From: a virus
Taxonomy: Duplodnaviria; Caudoviricetes
Virus record (IMG/VR): IMGVR_UViG_3300032233_003524
Span: 18,028 to 82,027 of that record
Reading direction: 5' to 3' (one strand)
Length of the DNA stretch: 64,000 bases
Shown here: positions 18,357 through 28,529 of the stretch, piece after piece
How positions within the stretch are numbered: the first letter of the stretch is position 1
Layout of the letters: each line of letters starts with the position of its first letter
Notes under the pieces: generated by a model
What the model saw: the letters and a program-made list of their open reading frames with translations, nothing else
Databases searched by the model: none
What the model was told of the DNA's origin: nothing
Position numbers and translations under genes: made by a program

Positions 18357-20132
18357 TCAAAGTGAATTTGTATTTTTACATTTGGGGTAATTAGAGCATG
18401 CCAAAAATTTATTTCCAGTATTTTTTGCAGTTCTAGTCATCATTGGAGAATTACATTTATCGCATAATTTGCCACCATGATTTATATATGCGCCATCTAA
18501 TTCTTTTTTATATTTGGAATAAAAGTTTTTTAACATTTCAATATGATTAATTTTTCCTGCTTCAATTTCATCTAATTGCTGTTCCATTTTTGCAGTATAA
18601 TCATAGTCCATAAATGTGAAAAAATTACATAATGTATTTGTTATTTCCGATCCCAAATCTGTAGCATGATATACATTACCCTTTTTTTCTACATAATTTC
18701 TTAAAGTAATTTTGCCCAATAAGTCCGCATAAGTTGCTGGTCTTCCTATATTTTTATTAACTAACTCTTTAATTAGTTTGTCTTCTGAATATCTTGGAGG
18801 AGGCTGAGTTTGTTTTTTTTCTAATTTTACAGGAGAAGAGCCGTGTAAAGTACAAATATCACCTTCATTTAAATTTGGAATATCAATCTTGCTATCATCT
18901 GTAATTCCTAAAATTTCTAGAAAGCCTTTATATTTTAAAGCTTTTCCTGAAGATTTAATCTGTAATGAAGGATCATTTTTATGATATAGCGTAACCTTTA
19001 GAGTATCAAATATTGCTGGCATCATTTGACTAGCAACAAAATATTTCCAAACTGTTTCATATACTAATTTTTCATCAGGATTAATTATAGCAAAATTTTG
19101 GTTAGGTAAAAGATTTATATCTGATGGTCTGATACATTCATGAGCATCTTGAGCGGCATCTTTATTTTTAAATACATTAGCTTTTTTTGGAACATCATAT
19201 TTATTTTCTGATAAAAATTCTCTTAATTCTTTTAATGAGTCATCATTTACTCTTACAGAGTCGGTTCTAATATATGTACAATATCCTGACTCATATAAAG
19301 ATTGAGCTGCTTTCATAGTTCTATCAGCACTAAACCCATGTTTTCTAGACATAATTTGCTGTAGCGATGATGTAACTAGTGGCGGAGGCGGAGCTTTCTT
19401 TTCTTCTTCAGAAAGAATTTTACTTACAATATATTCTGATTTTCTATATGATAATTTTTTTTCAATATTTTTTGCTGTATTTTCATCTGTAATTTTATCG
19501 CTATATTTTGCTGTGAATGCCCCATTAGGATTGCTAATAGTAACTTGAATAGTCCAGAAATCTTCTGGGTTGAATAACCCAATTTCATGTTCCCTTTCTG
19601 TAACCATTCTAGTAACAACAGACTGGACTCTTCCTGCAGATAATTTTGGACCGAAAAAATTCATAAGAAATGGCGATGCAGTAAATCCGACTAAACGATC
19701 TAGTATTCGCCTTGCCTCTTGAGCATGAAATAAATTCATGTCAATATCTCTTACATTTTTTACAGCTTTTAATAGTTTATCTTTTTTAATTTCATTAAAA
19801 ACCATTCTTTTAATTGGTTTTCCTGTATCCTCTAATCTTTTTGCTAGATGCCAAGCAATAGCTTCTCCCTCTCTATCAGGGTCGCTTGCTACAAAGATTT
19901 GATCTACTTCTTTTGCCGCCTTAAGTAAATTATCTAATATATTAATTTTATCTTCCATTAATATATAATGAGGTTTAAAATTACTATTAACATCTACCCC
20001 TATGCCGTGAGCCCCTCCTTTAGCAAGATCTGTAATATGACCTTTGCTTGCCATAACAATATAGTCTTTTCCTAAATATCCTTGAATTTTATCGGCTTTA
20101 GATGGAGATTCAACAATTACAAGAGTTTTCAT
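18357..20132 (-). CDS. topA: DNA topoisomerase I (type IA)
   Basis: LVIVESPSKA, SDPDREGEAIAWH, SAGRVQS, catalytic TYIRTDS, C-terminal zinc ribbon; start set at ATG of MKTLV rather than the TTG at 20147. Confidence 0.95.
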   Translation of the reverse strand: MKTLVIVESPSKADKIQGYLGKDYIVMASKGHITDLAKGGAHGIGVDVNSNFKPHYILMEDKINILDNLLKAAKEVDQIFVASDPDREGEAIAWHLAKRLEDTGKPIKRMVFNEIKKDKLLKAVKNVRDIDMNLFHAQEARRILDRLVGFTASPFLMNFFGPKLSAGRVQSVVTRMVTEREHEIGLFNPEDFWTIQVTISNPNGAFTAKYSDKITDENTAKNIEKKLSYRKSEYIVSKILSEEEKKAPPPPLVTSSLQQIMSRKHGFSADRTMKAAQSLYESGYCTYIRTDSVRVNDDSLKELREFLSENKYDVPKKANVFKNKDAAQDAHECIRPSDINLLPNQNFAIINPDEKLVYETVWKYFVASQMMPAIFDTLKVTLYHKNDPSLQIKSSGKALKYKGFLEILGITDDSKIDIPNLNEGDICTLHGSSPVKLEKKQTQPPPRYSEDKLIKELVNKNIGRPATYADLLGKITLRNYVEKKGNVYHATDLGSEITNTLCNFFTFMDYDYTAKMEQQLDEIEAGKINHIEMLKNFYSKYKKELDGAYINHGGKLCDKCNSPMMTRTAKNTGNKFLACSNYPKCKNTNSL

Positions 20133-20165
20133 ATTTTTATCTTTCAATATTTTAGAATATAATTA

Positions 20166-20573
20166 ATGGACATTTTACATCGCTCTATAGAGAATTTCTT
20201 TGAAAAGATTTTTGATGATTTAAGATGTGAGCCTGCTACAAAAGCATATATTATTGGAATTTATATAAAATATAAAAAACCAGACTTCGACTTATCTAAA
20301 GATAGTGTCGGTTTGCTCTTTTTGCAAGCCCGTTTAAAAAGTAATTTTTTATTGTATCAAACTTTAGGCGATTGGATTTTTTTCTGTAATACTATTGCTC
20401 CACAACATTTAAATAATGCTAGCAAAGATTATTACGATAATATTGCCAAACTATCATACAATTCATGCTATAATTTGATTAATAGAAAATGGAAATTATT
20501 TGAAGAATTATCTGATAATTTTAATGATTTAGAAAATCAAGTTAAAAATAAAATTAAATTTATTAATCAATAA
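20166..20573 (+). CDS. Hypothetical helical protein
   Basis: 135 aa; LGDW.FF, YY...A..SY, LFEELS..F pattern resembles a conserved bacterial hypothetical family (from memory). Confidence 0.6.
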   Translation: MDILHRSIENFFEKIFDDLRCEPATKAYIIGIYIKYKKPDFDLSKDSVGLLFLQARLKSNFLLYQTLGDWIFFCNTIAPQHLNNASKDYYDNIAKLSYNSCYNLINRKWKLFEELSDNFNDLENQVKNKIKFINQ

Positions 20574-21001
20574 TTATATTTACCTTTTCTGTTTAAAACT
20601 TCTAGTCTATTTTGTGAAGATTTTTCATAAAATGACCATATAGTTTTGCCACATTCGCAAGATAAATATTCCATATAATCATTAAATGGATTAATTCCTT
20701 TATTTCTAGTAGCTCTAGTTTTATACCCTTTATAATTTACAGTATAATTAAGATCGCTGAGCCCTTTTATTGATGATGGATTAATTTGCAAATAATAATC
20801 ATGACACATTCTTTTACGTGCTGCTTTTACCCAATTCAATAAGTTTATTTGTCTTCTAAGTGAAGGATTACAATTAGGATTTTTCACATAAAAATAACGG
20901 TTTAAAGAGTAAGATGGTGATCCACCGCATTTTTTACATCTAGCTCTGTGTAAAAAAGTAGATGAAATATTTAATCCCCAATTTTTAATTTTTATTTTCA
21001 T
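20567..21001 (-). CDS. Hypothetical zinc-binding protein
   Basis: CKKCG..CECG. Confidence 0.65.
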   Translation of the reverse strand: MKIKIKNWGLNISSTFLHRARCKKCGGSPSYSLNRYFYVKNPNCNPSLRRQINLLNWVKAARKRMCHDYYLQINPSSIKGLSDLNYTVNYKGYKTRATRNKGINPFNDYMEYLSCECGKTIWSFYEKSSQNRLEVLNRKGKYNY

Positions 21002-22226
21002 AAATTTTATTAATAATATTTTGTCTAATTCTATTTACATAAACCATCCCTCCCATTTGATAATGAGGAGGAACACGAAGGTGTGTAACAATAACTTCTG
21101 TATTAGGTTTTATATCTCTTACTTTGATTTTTGAAAAAGTATAATTTACTACATTATTTAATATAGATTCATTTGTATTACTATTTATAATATCTAATAT
21201 TTTACCAATATAATATGGTTTAGTATATGAAGCTTTTCTTCCACCAATATAAAATTCTTCAGTTTTATTATTAATAATTCCTTTGCTATTTGTTTTTGCT
21301 GTGAAAGTCGAAATGCCATCAAATATACACAAACTTTCATGAAGTAAATTATCTATAGTAATAACTTTATTGTTTTTCTTAATAACAAAAGGCATGGATT
21401 TTTCTAAAAGACTAATATATTCTTGAAAAATTTTGTTTTGAAACCCGCCCCTTCTACTATTATCATATAAATAACTTATCATTTCATCTTGAAATTTTAA
21501 TAATAAATTTTCAAAAGCCTGATATACAAGCAATTTATGTTTTAATGTAAAATTATGATTACTATATGATAATTCGTTACTTTGCTCTTTAATAATATTT
21601 AATAAAAATTTAGCTTTATCATTTAAATAGTTTGGATTATCTTTAGATAAAGATGATTCTTTAAATGTAGAAGCATATATAGAGATATTAGACTTATCTG
21701 TTGGATGTCTTAAACTTTTTAAAGCCAAGATATCTCCAATAAATGAGCAGTCTAAATATGGACAAGTTATTTTATTATTTTTAATGGCAGACTTACTAAT
21801 AAATCTAAAACATTCTGGACATTTATAGCCAGACAGTGCATGATTGCAAAAATGTTTGTATAATGATTTGTATTTTATATCTTCAGTTAAACTGTATTGT
21901 TTTAAACACTCTTTACAATTAAAATATTTATATGCATGTGCATATGTGTTTTTGCCTAAAAATAAACATCCAGGACATAGATATAGCTTATCCTCTTTGA
22001 TAGATGGTTTTACTTTAAATAGTTGATTTAGATCATAAAATAAATTTGAATAAATTTCATCTTCTGCAATAGATTTATTTAAAGAATCGTTATTAATCAA
22101 ATTAGATTTTACTTGTAAAATAAAATCATTAAATGATAAATTGTCTTTATAATATGAGTTATAAATATAATTAATTCCGTTATTATATTTTATAATAAAA
22201 TTGTCTAATACTTCTTGCTTATTCAT
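20985..22226 (-). CDS. Hypothetical multi-zinc-finger protein
   Basis: CPGC, CKEC, CPEC, CPYLDC. Confidence 0.7.
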   Translation of the reverse strand: MNKQEVLDNFIIKYNNGINYIYNSYYKDNLSFNDFILQVKSNLINNDSLNKSIAEDEIYSNLFYDLNQLFKVKPSIKEDKLYLCPGCLFLGKNTYAHAYKYFNCKECLKQYSLTEDIKYKSLYKHFCNHALSGYKCPECFRFISKSAIKNNKITCPYLDCSFIGDILALKSLRHPTDKSNISIYASTFKESSLSKDNPNYLNDKAKFLLNIIKEQSNELSYSNHNFTLKHKLLVYQAFENLLLKFQDEMISYLYDNSRRGGFQNKIFQEYISLLEKSMPFVIKKNNKVITIDNLLHESLCIFDGISTFTAKTNSKGIINNKTEEFYIGGRKASYTKPYYIGKILDIINSNTNESILNNVVNYTFSKIKVRDIKPNTEVIVTHLRVPPHYQMGGMVYVNRIRQNIINKIYENKN

Positions 22227-22229
22227 AAT

Positions 22230-23210
22230 TCAATTAATAAATTGTTTTGGCGATACATAGGCAACTTGAAATCTTTCAAGATTTCTAAAATTATCTTTAA
22301 TGATAGCATCGCCTTTACCCATTAAGTTTTCTGCACCAGAGGAATCAAGAATAATTTTAGAATCTATATGACTTGAAACTTTACAAGATATTCTTGCTGG
22401 AAAATTTGCTTTTATCATACCATTAATAATATTTGTAGATGGTCTTTGTGTTGATAACACTAAATATATTTTTGCTGCTCTACATTTTTGAGCTAACCTG
22501 CAAAGATTGTTATAAAATTGATAATCAGTATCTTGCATAATTAAATCTGCGAATTCATCAATTATAACAACCTCTGAAGTAAAATTACTTTCAGGAACAC
22601 CATTTCTCATTAATGAAAATCTGTATTCCATTACTTCAATTAATGAATTTAACAAGCTCAATGCCGAATGATAATCATAAAAAACATTAATGTTAAAGTA
22701 TCTATTTTGATATGGCGCAAATTCTATATTTTTAGGATCAATTAGATAAATATTTGCAGAATTATAATAAATAATATTGGCAATTATATTATGTAAAATT
22801 GTACTTTTACCAGACCCTGTTGTACCGCCGACAATAATGTGAGGATTTTGTGACAAATCCATCCATAGAGGAAGACCATTAACCTGATATCCTAATAAGC
22901 AAGGAATATTATAATTTGGTTTTTCATATAAATTTAAACATTCTAATAAATTAAATGATTGATTGTTTTTTTTAAAAAATTCCAATCTAACTACACCTTC
23001 CTCATGAAGGATCTTTATACTAGGTTTAGATGGAGCTTGTAAAGCCAATGCAATCTCATTAGAGATATTCTCTATAGATTTTATCTTTGCTGCAGGTCCC
23101 AATTTTAAATCATAATAGAAATAATTATTTATTTCTTTAAATCTTACGCATTCAGCTTTAATTTTAAAATTTTTAAAAATTGAATTTAAATTTTGAATCT
23201 GATTAATCAT
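22230..23210 (-). CDS. FtsK/SpoIIIE-family ATPase, soluble motor-only form
   Basis: PHIIVGGTTGSGKS, IDPK, IIDEFADL, LSTQRPS, IKANFPARI, GAENLMGKGD; no TM or gamma domain. Confidence 0.9.
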   Translation of the reverse strand: MINQIQNLNSIFKNFKIKAECVRFKEINNYFYYDLKLGPAAKIKSIENISNEIALALQAPSKPSIKILHEEGVVRLEFFKKNNQSFNLLECLNLYEKPNYNIPCLLGYQVNGLPLWMDLSQNPHIIVGGTTGSGKSTILHNIIANIIYYNSANIYLIDPKNIEFAPYQNRYFNINVFYDYHSALSLLNSLIEVMEYRFSLMRNGVPESNFTSEVVIIDEFADLIMQDTDYQFYNNLCRLAQKCRAAKIYLVLSTQRPSTNIINGMIKANFPARISCKVSSHIDSKIILDSSGAENLMGKGDAIIKDNFRNLERFQVAYVSPKQFIN

Positions 23211-23216
23211 GCATAC

Positions 23217-23244
23217 AGCATAATTTTTTTATAAAAACAAGCAA
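23217..23244 (-). promoter_or_regulatory. Sigma70-like promoter TTGCTT-N16-TATGCT, 6 nt before FtsK-like ATG
   Basis: Read directly. Confidence 0.5.
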
Positions 23245-23267
23245 GCTTTGTAATTAAAAAAAATTTA

Positions 23268-23645
23268 TTATATTATTTTTTTTAATTGTTCTTTTGTAGG
23301 ATTAAATAACTCAATATTTGATCCAACTTTTATATTTAAATCATTCATGGTGCCATAAGGAAATTCAACTACTAAATCAGTATCTATACCTCTTCCAATA
23401 AGATTAGTAGAATATGGCTCTCCTTTACAAATTTCTGTAATTTTACCATTATAAGAAAATACAATGTCTAATGGGCTTGGAGTATTTTTCATCCAAAATT
23501 GAACAGGCTTAGGATATTTATATATAAATGACATTACTGGAGGAGGCCATGGTTGATGCATTAAGCCTTTTGTTTGCTCCTCCTCTGATAATGCTATAAG
23601 AGTTTGAAATATATTGTCATTTATGTAAAGATATCCATTTTTCAT
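23268..23645 (-). CDS. DUF192 family protein
   Basis: EEQTKGLM..MSF.Y....FWMKNTPSPLDIVF..G.I..VVEFPYG. Confidence 0.85.
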   Translation of the reverse strand: MKNGYLYINDNIFQTLIALSEEEQTKGLMHQPWPPPVMSFIYKYPKPVQFWMKNTPSPLDIVFSYNGKITEICKGEPYSTNLIGRGIDTDLVVEFPYGTMNDLNIKVGSNIELFNPTKEQLKKII

Positions 23646-24883
23646 TTATTTTTATTAGAATATTTTGCCTTTAAAATATTAATTATTTTATTTAAATTTT
23701 GAAGTGTTTCTGTAATTTCTTTTATTTTATCATTAATTTCAATTAATTCTTGATCTTCTTCAATTGAATTAAGTATTTCATTTAAAATTACTTTTAATCT
23801 TTCAGATAAATTGTAACCGCTTAATCTAATGGCAGATGATTCATCAAATAAACTAGATTTATGAGTTAGCTTTCCAAACCATCTACTTAAAGTATGTTGA
23901 GCTTTAGATTCTAAATTAACATTTTCTAATAATAAGTTTATTTTATTATTTTTCCATTCTTCAATAAATCTTTTTGCTACATTTATTTTTTGATCTTGCG
24001 GGGCAAGCATGTATCTAGTATAAATTTCACTCAAAACTTTAGTATTTATTTTTGATAAATGCTTAGGATCCGCAATGTATTTCTTATATTCATCATGAGC
24101 CTTATTAAATTTATCTATAATATCTAAATCTTCGGCAGATATATTTTTTATATTTATATTTCGAGGTTTATTATCTGTGTTTTGTTGAGCATTTTGATTA
24201 GATATGTTCTGACCATAACCATCACTCTCGTCTTCATCTTCTTCAGATTGTAAAGATTCCATTTCTTTTAATGCTATTTCTAATTGATCTTTAATAAAAG
24301 AAAAATCAGTAAAAATTTTTCCCAATTCATCAGAGGCAGTATTAATGCTTTCATCTGAAGATTTCATTAAATAGTATTGAAAGTAATTTATTTTTTTTAT
24401 AATTTTAGGTATTATATTTAATAATGATTTTTTATATTCAAATTGAATTTGCTCATATCCATCTAAAAATGTTGTATTATCTAATTTTTTAAAAAATCTA
24501 GAAAATGGATTTGAAGCATTAGCTATTAAATTATATTCTTTACTAGCGAATGAAAAAGATGTTTGATTTGGATTTGCTTCGTTTGGATTTCTTCTTCTAC
24601 CTTTAAAATATTGAACTTGTTGTTCAACAATTTTATTTCCTTTTTGAGAAAGATCATTAAAATCTCCAGCAAGAGACCCTATAATTGTTACAGGATCTGC
24701 AGGAATAGGATTTTTTATATAAGATCTTTCCATATGAAATTTATTTGGCCAACCATTCATTAATTTTTTTAAATGAATTAAATCGTCAATAAATTCAGAT
24801 ACCTGCTTATTCCAATCAGATTTTGATTGTCTAAGCTTTTCTTGATTAGGATCTGTAGATGGTTTTCGAGCAGTTTTTCGCAT
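23642..24883 (-). CDS. Hypothetical helical protein
   Basis: 413 aa ORF. Confidence 0.7.
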   Translation of the reverse strand: MRKTARKPSTDPNQEKLRQSKSDWNKQVSEFIDDLIHLKKLMNGWPNKFHMERSYIKNPIPADPVTIIGSLAGDFNDLSQKGNKIVEQQVQYFKGRRRNPNEANPNQTSFSFASKEYNLIANASNPFSRFFKKLDNTTFLDGYEQIQFEYKKSLLNIIPKIIKKINYFQYYLMKSSDESINTASDELGKIFTDFSFIKDQLEIALKEMESLQSEEDEDESDGYGQNISNQNAQQNTDNKPRNINIKNISAEDLDIIDKFNKAHDEYKKYIADPKHLSKINTKVLSEIYTRYMLAPQDQKINVAKRFIEEWKNNKINLLLENVNLESKAQHTLSRWFGKLTHKSSLFDESSAIRLSGYNLSERLKVILNEILNSIEEDQELIEINDKIKEITETLQNLNKIINILKAKYSNKNK

Positions 24884-24908
24884 AAAATAATAATATTTTA
24901 TTAGTATT

Positions 24909-25292
24909 TTATTTCTTCCTGCTTATATATTTATATATTTTCCCATTATAATCTATTATAGAATTTTTTGTATTTTCGCTAATAAATTCTTCTTTATTTC
25001 TAGGAAATGAAGTTAGATCATAAAATATATTTGCCCCAAAGCATTCATAAATATGTGGTGAAAAATGTTCAAATCCTTTATCTTTTAGTAAAGGTATCAT
25101 TTCTTTTATAATTTCTTCATTGCCTATATAATCTTCATTATTCTTATTTAATAAAGCATTATTGCTAGCAGTTTCAAGTAAACTATCACAAATAGATTGA
25201 AATTCGCTTTGACTTATATTTTCTGGTCCTAAGAAATACTCAGGACTATAAGTTTCAAAATAACAATTAACAATTACAAATATTTTATTCAT
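24909..25292 (-). CDS. Hypothetical protein
   Basis: 127 aa ORF. Confidence 0.65.
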   Translation of the reverse strand: MNKIFVIVNCYFETYSPEYFLGPENISQSEFQSICDSLLETASNNALLNKNNEDYIGNEEIIKEMIPLLKDKGFEHFSPHIYECFGANIFYDLTSFPRNKEEFISENTKNSIIDYNGKIYKYISRKK

Positions 25293-25876
25293 AAGATTAT
25301 TTTATCAATTATTCCATATTTTAAAGCCTGTTTAGCATCCATCCATAAATCTTGTTGACAATCTTGTTTAAGCTTATCTAAAGAATGACCTGTATGATGC
25401 GCTAATATTTTCATAATATTATCATTATTTTCTTTTAAGAAATCATAATAATTTTTTGAATTAATAATATCTTGTCCTGGTAATGGAAAACCGAACTGAA
25501 TACCATGTATCATAATTTTTGATGATTTTAATGCATATCTGCCGCCTTTAGTTCCTGCCGCCAAAATAACAGCACCTGCAGAATAACATTTACCAGTACA
25601 AACAGTTTTAACTGGAGCTTTTATTAATTGCATAACATCATAAATGTTTGCTAGTCCAGAGGCATCTCCTCCATTAGAATTTAAATAAATTGTAATTGGC
25701 TCTTCACGATTTTCATTATCATAATATAATAATAATGCTGATAACTGTGCGGCACTTTCTTTTGTAATATCTTCAGATACAAAAATAACTCTATTTTTAG
25801 TTAATTTTATATAAGTATCTGAATATCCTCCCAATAAAGGAGTTTTAAACACTTCTGTTTCGTGATTTTTAGGCAT
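25289..25876 (-). CDS. clpP: ClpP protease subunit, catalytic triad intact
   Basis: LYLNSNGG, GKCYSAGA (Ser), IMIHG (His), QDLWMDAKQA (Asp). Confidence 0.9.
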   Translation of the reverse strand: MPKNHETEVFKTPLLGGYSDTYIKLTKNRVIFVSEDITKESAAQLSALLLYYDNENREEPITIYLNSNGGDASGLANIYDVMQLIKAPVKTVCTGKCYSAGAVILAAGTKGGRYALKSSKIMIHGIQFGFPLPGQDIINSKNYYDFLKENNDNIMKILAHHTGHSLDKLKQDCQQDLWMDAKQALKYGIIDKIIL

Positions 25877-25882
25877 AGATCC

Positions 25883-26467
25883 TCATTTATTGGAAGTTAC
25901 TACTTTGTCTATTAAACCGTATTTTACTGCTTGATTAGCGTTCATAAATACACGACGATCAAAATCGTCAGATACTTGCTTTAATGGTTTATTGCAGCCC
26001 TTGGCAATAATTTCCATCATTCTTTTATTGTCTATTAAAGATTGATCTAATATTTTTTTAGCGTCTGTAATATTAGAGTGAGTATACCAATCATGAACTA
26101 ATTGGCTAACTGCAATTACAGAATTTTTGGTAGCAAATCTAAGACCTGGAGTACCTCCGACTAAAATTATAGCAGCTTCATCCATTGCAGAGCCAATACA
26201 TATTGTTTCAATTGGCGCATTAATTACATCCATAACATCATAAATCATTAATGCATTTCGAATATCTCCTCCATCAGAATTAATAAATAATGTTATTTTA
26301 GATTCTGAATCTTCTGCATCTTTTAACAATAATGTGGCAATGATATCTGTTGCAAGCTCATCTGTAATTTGATTACAAATAAATAAAATTCTATCATTTG
26401 CTAATTTTTGATACACATCTACTGGAATGTCTCCAGCCTCTGTTGATTCAAGTACTAATGTATTCAA
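25883..26467 (-). CDS. ClpP-like subunit with degenerate triad (ClpR-like)
   Basis: DRILFI, LFINSDGG, A.KYGLID kept; Ser>Asp (GSAMDEAA), His>Ser (IAVSQL), Asp>Arg (DRRVFM). Confidence 0.85.
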   Translation of the reverse strand: MNTLVLESTEAGDIPVDVYQKLANDRILFICNQITDELATDIIATLLLKDAEDSESKITLFINSDGGDIRNALMIYDVMDVINAPIETICIGSAMDEAAIILVGGTPGLRFATKNSVIAVSQLVHDWYTHSNITDAKKILDQSLIDNKRMMEIIAKGCNKPLKQVSDDFDRRVFMNANQAVKYGLIDKVVTSNK

Positions 26468-26479
26468 TTTATTACCTCT

Positions 26480-26827
26480 TCAAGATTGTTTTTCAATTTC
26501 TCTATCTTCTGCGCATGATATGCATGTGACAAAATATGGATTAAATAATAATCTTTTTTCTGAAATTTCTTCTCCACAATCATCACACATGCCATATGAA
26601 TTATTATCTAACTTAGATAGTGCTTCATTTATTTGATTAATTTTATTTTTTGTTCTAGCATTAAATTTATTATTTAAATCAAAAATAAGTGCTGCTTGGA
26701 TTTCATCTACTTCATCTCCATCCATATCTACATCTTCTTTCAAAGCTAAATTTGCAGATAAAATTAGAGATTTTCTTTCTTCAAGAAGGGAATTTTTTAT
26801 TTTTTTTAAAAAAGTTTTTTTGAACAT
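26480..26827 (-). CDS. dksA: DksA/TraR C4 zinc-finger transcription factor
   Basis: GDEVDE tip, coiled coil, YGMCDDCGEEISEKRL..P....CISCAE. Confidence 0.88.
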   Translation of the reverse strand: MFKKTFLKKIKNSLLEERKSLILSANLALKEDVDMDGDEVDEIQAALIFDLNNKFNARTKNKINQINEALSKLDNNSYGMCDDCGEEISEKRLLFNPYFVTCISCAEDREIEKQS

Positions 26828-27205
26828 TTAAATTAACCTTATTTCGTTTTTTGGTACAATAAACGTACCTTTAAAATTTTGTTTAGTATCAGGATCTATT
26901 TTTTTAATAAAAATTAAAAAAACACTATTGGATGGCTCTTTTAATGGAAAAGAATTTACTAACCAACCATTAAATATTGCCTTTTGAGGATTACCATCAA
27001 ATTTTAAATTAGTATTAATTTGTACTTGTTGTACTTTCTTTTTAAGAAATGGACCCGATATTTTTGATGGATTAAATCCGTATCTAATTTTGAATACATT
27101 AGAAGCTTCTTCTTCTGTAGAGGCTTCAATATTTTCAAATACTAATTCTGAATTATGTACAGATGCACAAACAAATATAATTTTTCTTTTATTTATACGA
27201 TTCAT
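26828..27205 (-). CDS. Hypothetical protein
   Basis: 125 aa ORF. Confidence 0.7.
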   Translation of the reverse strand: MNRINKRKIIFVCASVHNSELVFENIEASTEEEASNVFKIRYGFNPSKISGPFLKKKVQQVQINTNLKFDGNPQKAIFNGWLVNSFPLKEPSNSVFLIFIKKIDPDTKQNFKGTFIVPKNEIRLI

Positions 27206-27532
27206 TTAATCATTTCCAATAGATGCGTCAACATCTAAATAATTAATTAATTTATCTCTAAATTTTTTAATTAATGAAATTTTTAATCTTTTAGATCCTT
27301 TTGAGATCATTATTTTTTGGTGTCTTACGTCAAAATATTTTTTAGGTTTCTTATTTTCTAATAAAATTGAAGCAAAATTAAAAATTTTAATTCTTTTATT
27401 AGACTTTAAATCTTTAATCATTTCTTCAAATAAAATTGATAATACTGCAAATACATGATAATGATGTGTCTTATTTTTTGTTTTTTTGTTTAAAATTCTC
27501 CAAAATAATTTTTTATTTATTTCTCTATTCAT
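27206..27532 (-). CDS. Divergent HU/IHF-like DNA-binding protein
   Basis: LFEEMIKDLKSNKRIKIFNFASI..KPKKYFDVRHQKIMISKGSKRLKI resembles the HU helix2/arm pattern. Confidence 0.6.
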   Translation of the reverse strand: MNREINKKLFWRILNKKTKNKTHHYHVFAVLSILFEEMIKDLKSNKRIKIFNFASILLENKKPKKYFDVRHQKIMISKGSKRLKISLIKKFRDKLINYLDVDASIGND

Positions 27533-27996
27533 ATAGGCTGCTTAATTACATGCTTTAAATAATCATTAAACATAGCGCCTTGAAATATTGATTCATCATT
27601 TTTAATGATAATGTCATTTTCTATTAACTCTTTAATAGTAAAGATAATATCATCTTGCTTTTTAGACAAATTAAATAAATTGCTTATATTCAAACACTGT
27701 GACTTTAATAAGGAAGAGCAAATTAGTTTTGCAATATTTTTATTGTGTACACTATGTAATCGTAAAATTTTCATATCAAGTATAAAATTTTTTTCTTTTT
27801 TGTCAAACATTTCAATTACATCTAGTAATTTGCATCTTTTTTCTTTTAAATATTCAATTTTTTTAATTTGCTCATCTATTATAGATATTTCTTCAAGAGC
27901 TAAATTTGCTATATCTTCTGCATTTGTAATACTATTATTAATACAATCTTCTATAAAAGAATTTATAAAAGATAAATCTTTTTTCTTTCCCTTCAT
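27529..27996 (-). CDS. Hypothetical protein, possible C-terminal winged helix
   Basis: 155 aa; C-terminal IKELIENDII pattern. Confidence 0.6.
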   Translation of the reverse strand: MKGKKKDLSFINSFIEDCINNSITNAEDIANLALEEISIIDEQIKKIEYLKEKRCKLLDVIEMFDKKEKNFILDMKILRLHSVHNKNIAKLICSSLLKSQCLNISNLFNLSKKQDDIIFTIKELIENDIIIKNDESIFQGAMFNDYLKHVIKQPI

Positions 27997-28529
27997 AATT
28001 CACCATAAATGTTATTATGATATTTTATAAAAGATAATAACAGCTCATGCTGTTCTTTATAATCTTCACACTTCTGCATAGAATACGCAATATCTTTTAC
28101 ATTTTCCATCCCTGATAAAAAAGATGCTTGAATTGCAATATTTGTTGGTAGCCATGTTTTATTATCGACACATAAAGCAATTAAAGAATCATTATCTATA
28201 TTTTTATTTATGCTATATGCTGAATATAATCCATATGAAGCTGAGCTATCCATGCTAACTAGCAATGCATACTCTAATACATCAGGATCTATTGAGCAAT
28301 CTCCTAGTAATATTTTTAATTTTACTTTTTCAAATGAAAGTTGAACTCCCCATATTGAATTTTTAATTATTTTATTAGACTCTTCGTCAGAAAATGATAA
28401 TTTTTCATTTAATAAATAATCTGATGATTTTAAACTTTTAAATTTTTTATTATTAAAATTTGATTGATTGATAATCATCAAATTTGAAAAAATATGATTT
28501 ATTATTTGTTCTGTTAATTGTTTATTCAT
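27993..28529 (-). CDS. Hypothetical protein
   Basis: 178 aa ORF, coupled overlaps. Confidence 0.7.
   Translation of the reverse strand: MNKQLTEQIINHIFSNLMIINQSNFNNKKFKSLKSSDYLLNEKLSFSDEESNKIIKNSIWGVQLSFEKVKLKILLGDCSIDPDVLEYALLVSMDSSASYGLYSAYSINKNIDNDSLIALCVDNKTWLPTNIAIQASFLSGMENVKDIAYSMQKCEDYKEQHELLLSFIKYHNNIYGEL

Noticed and set aside
27605-28030. 141-aa plus-strand ORF
   Set aside because: Antisense to coupled minus-strand genes; Ser/Ile/Phe bias typical of reverse-read Lys/Glu/Asn codons.
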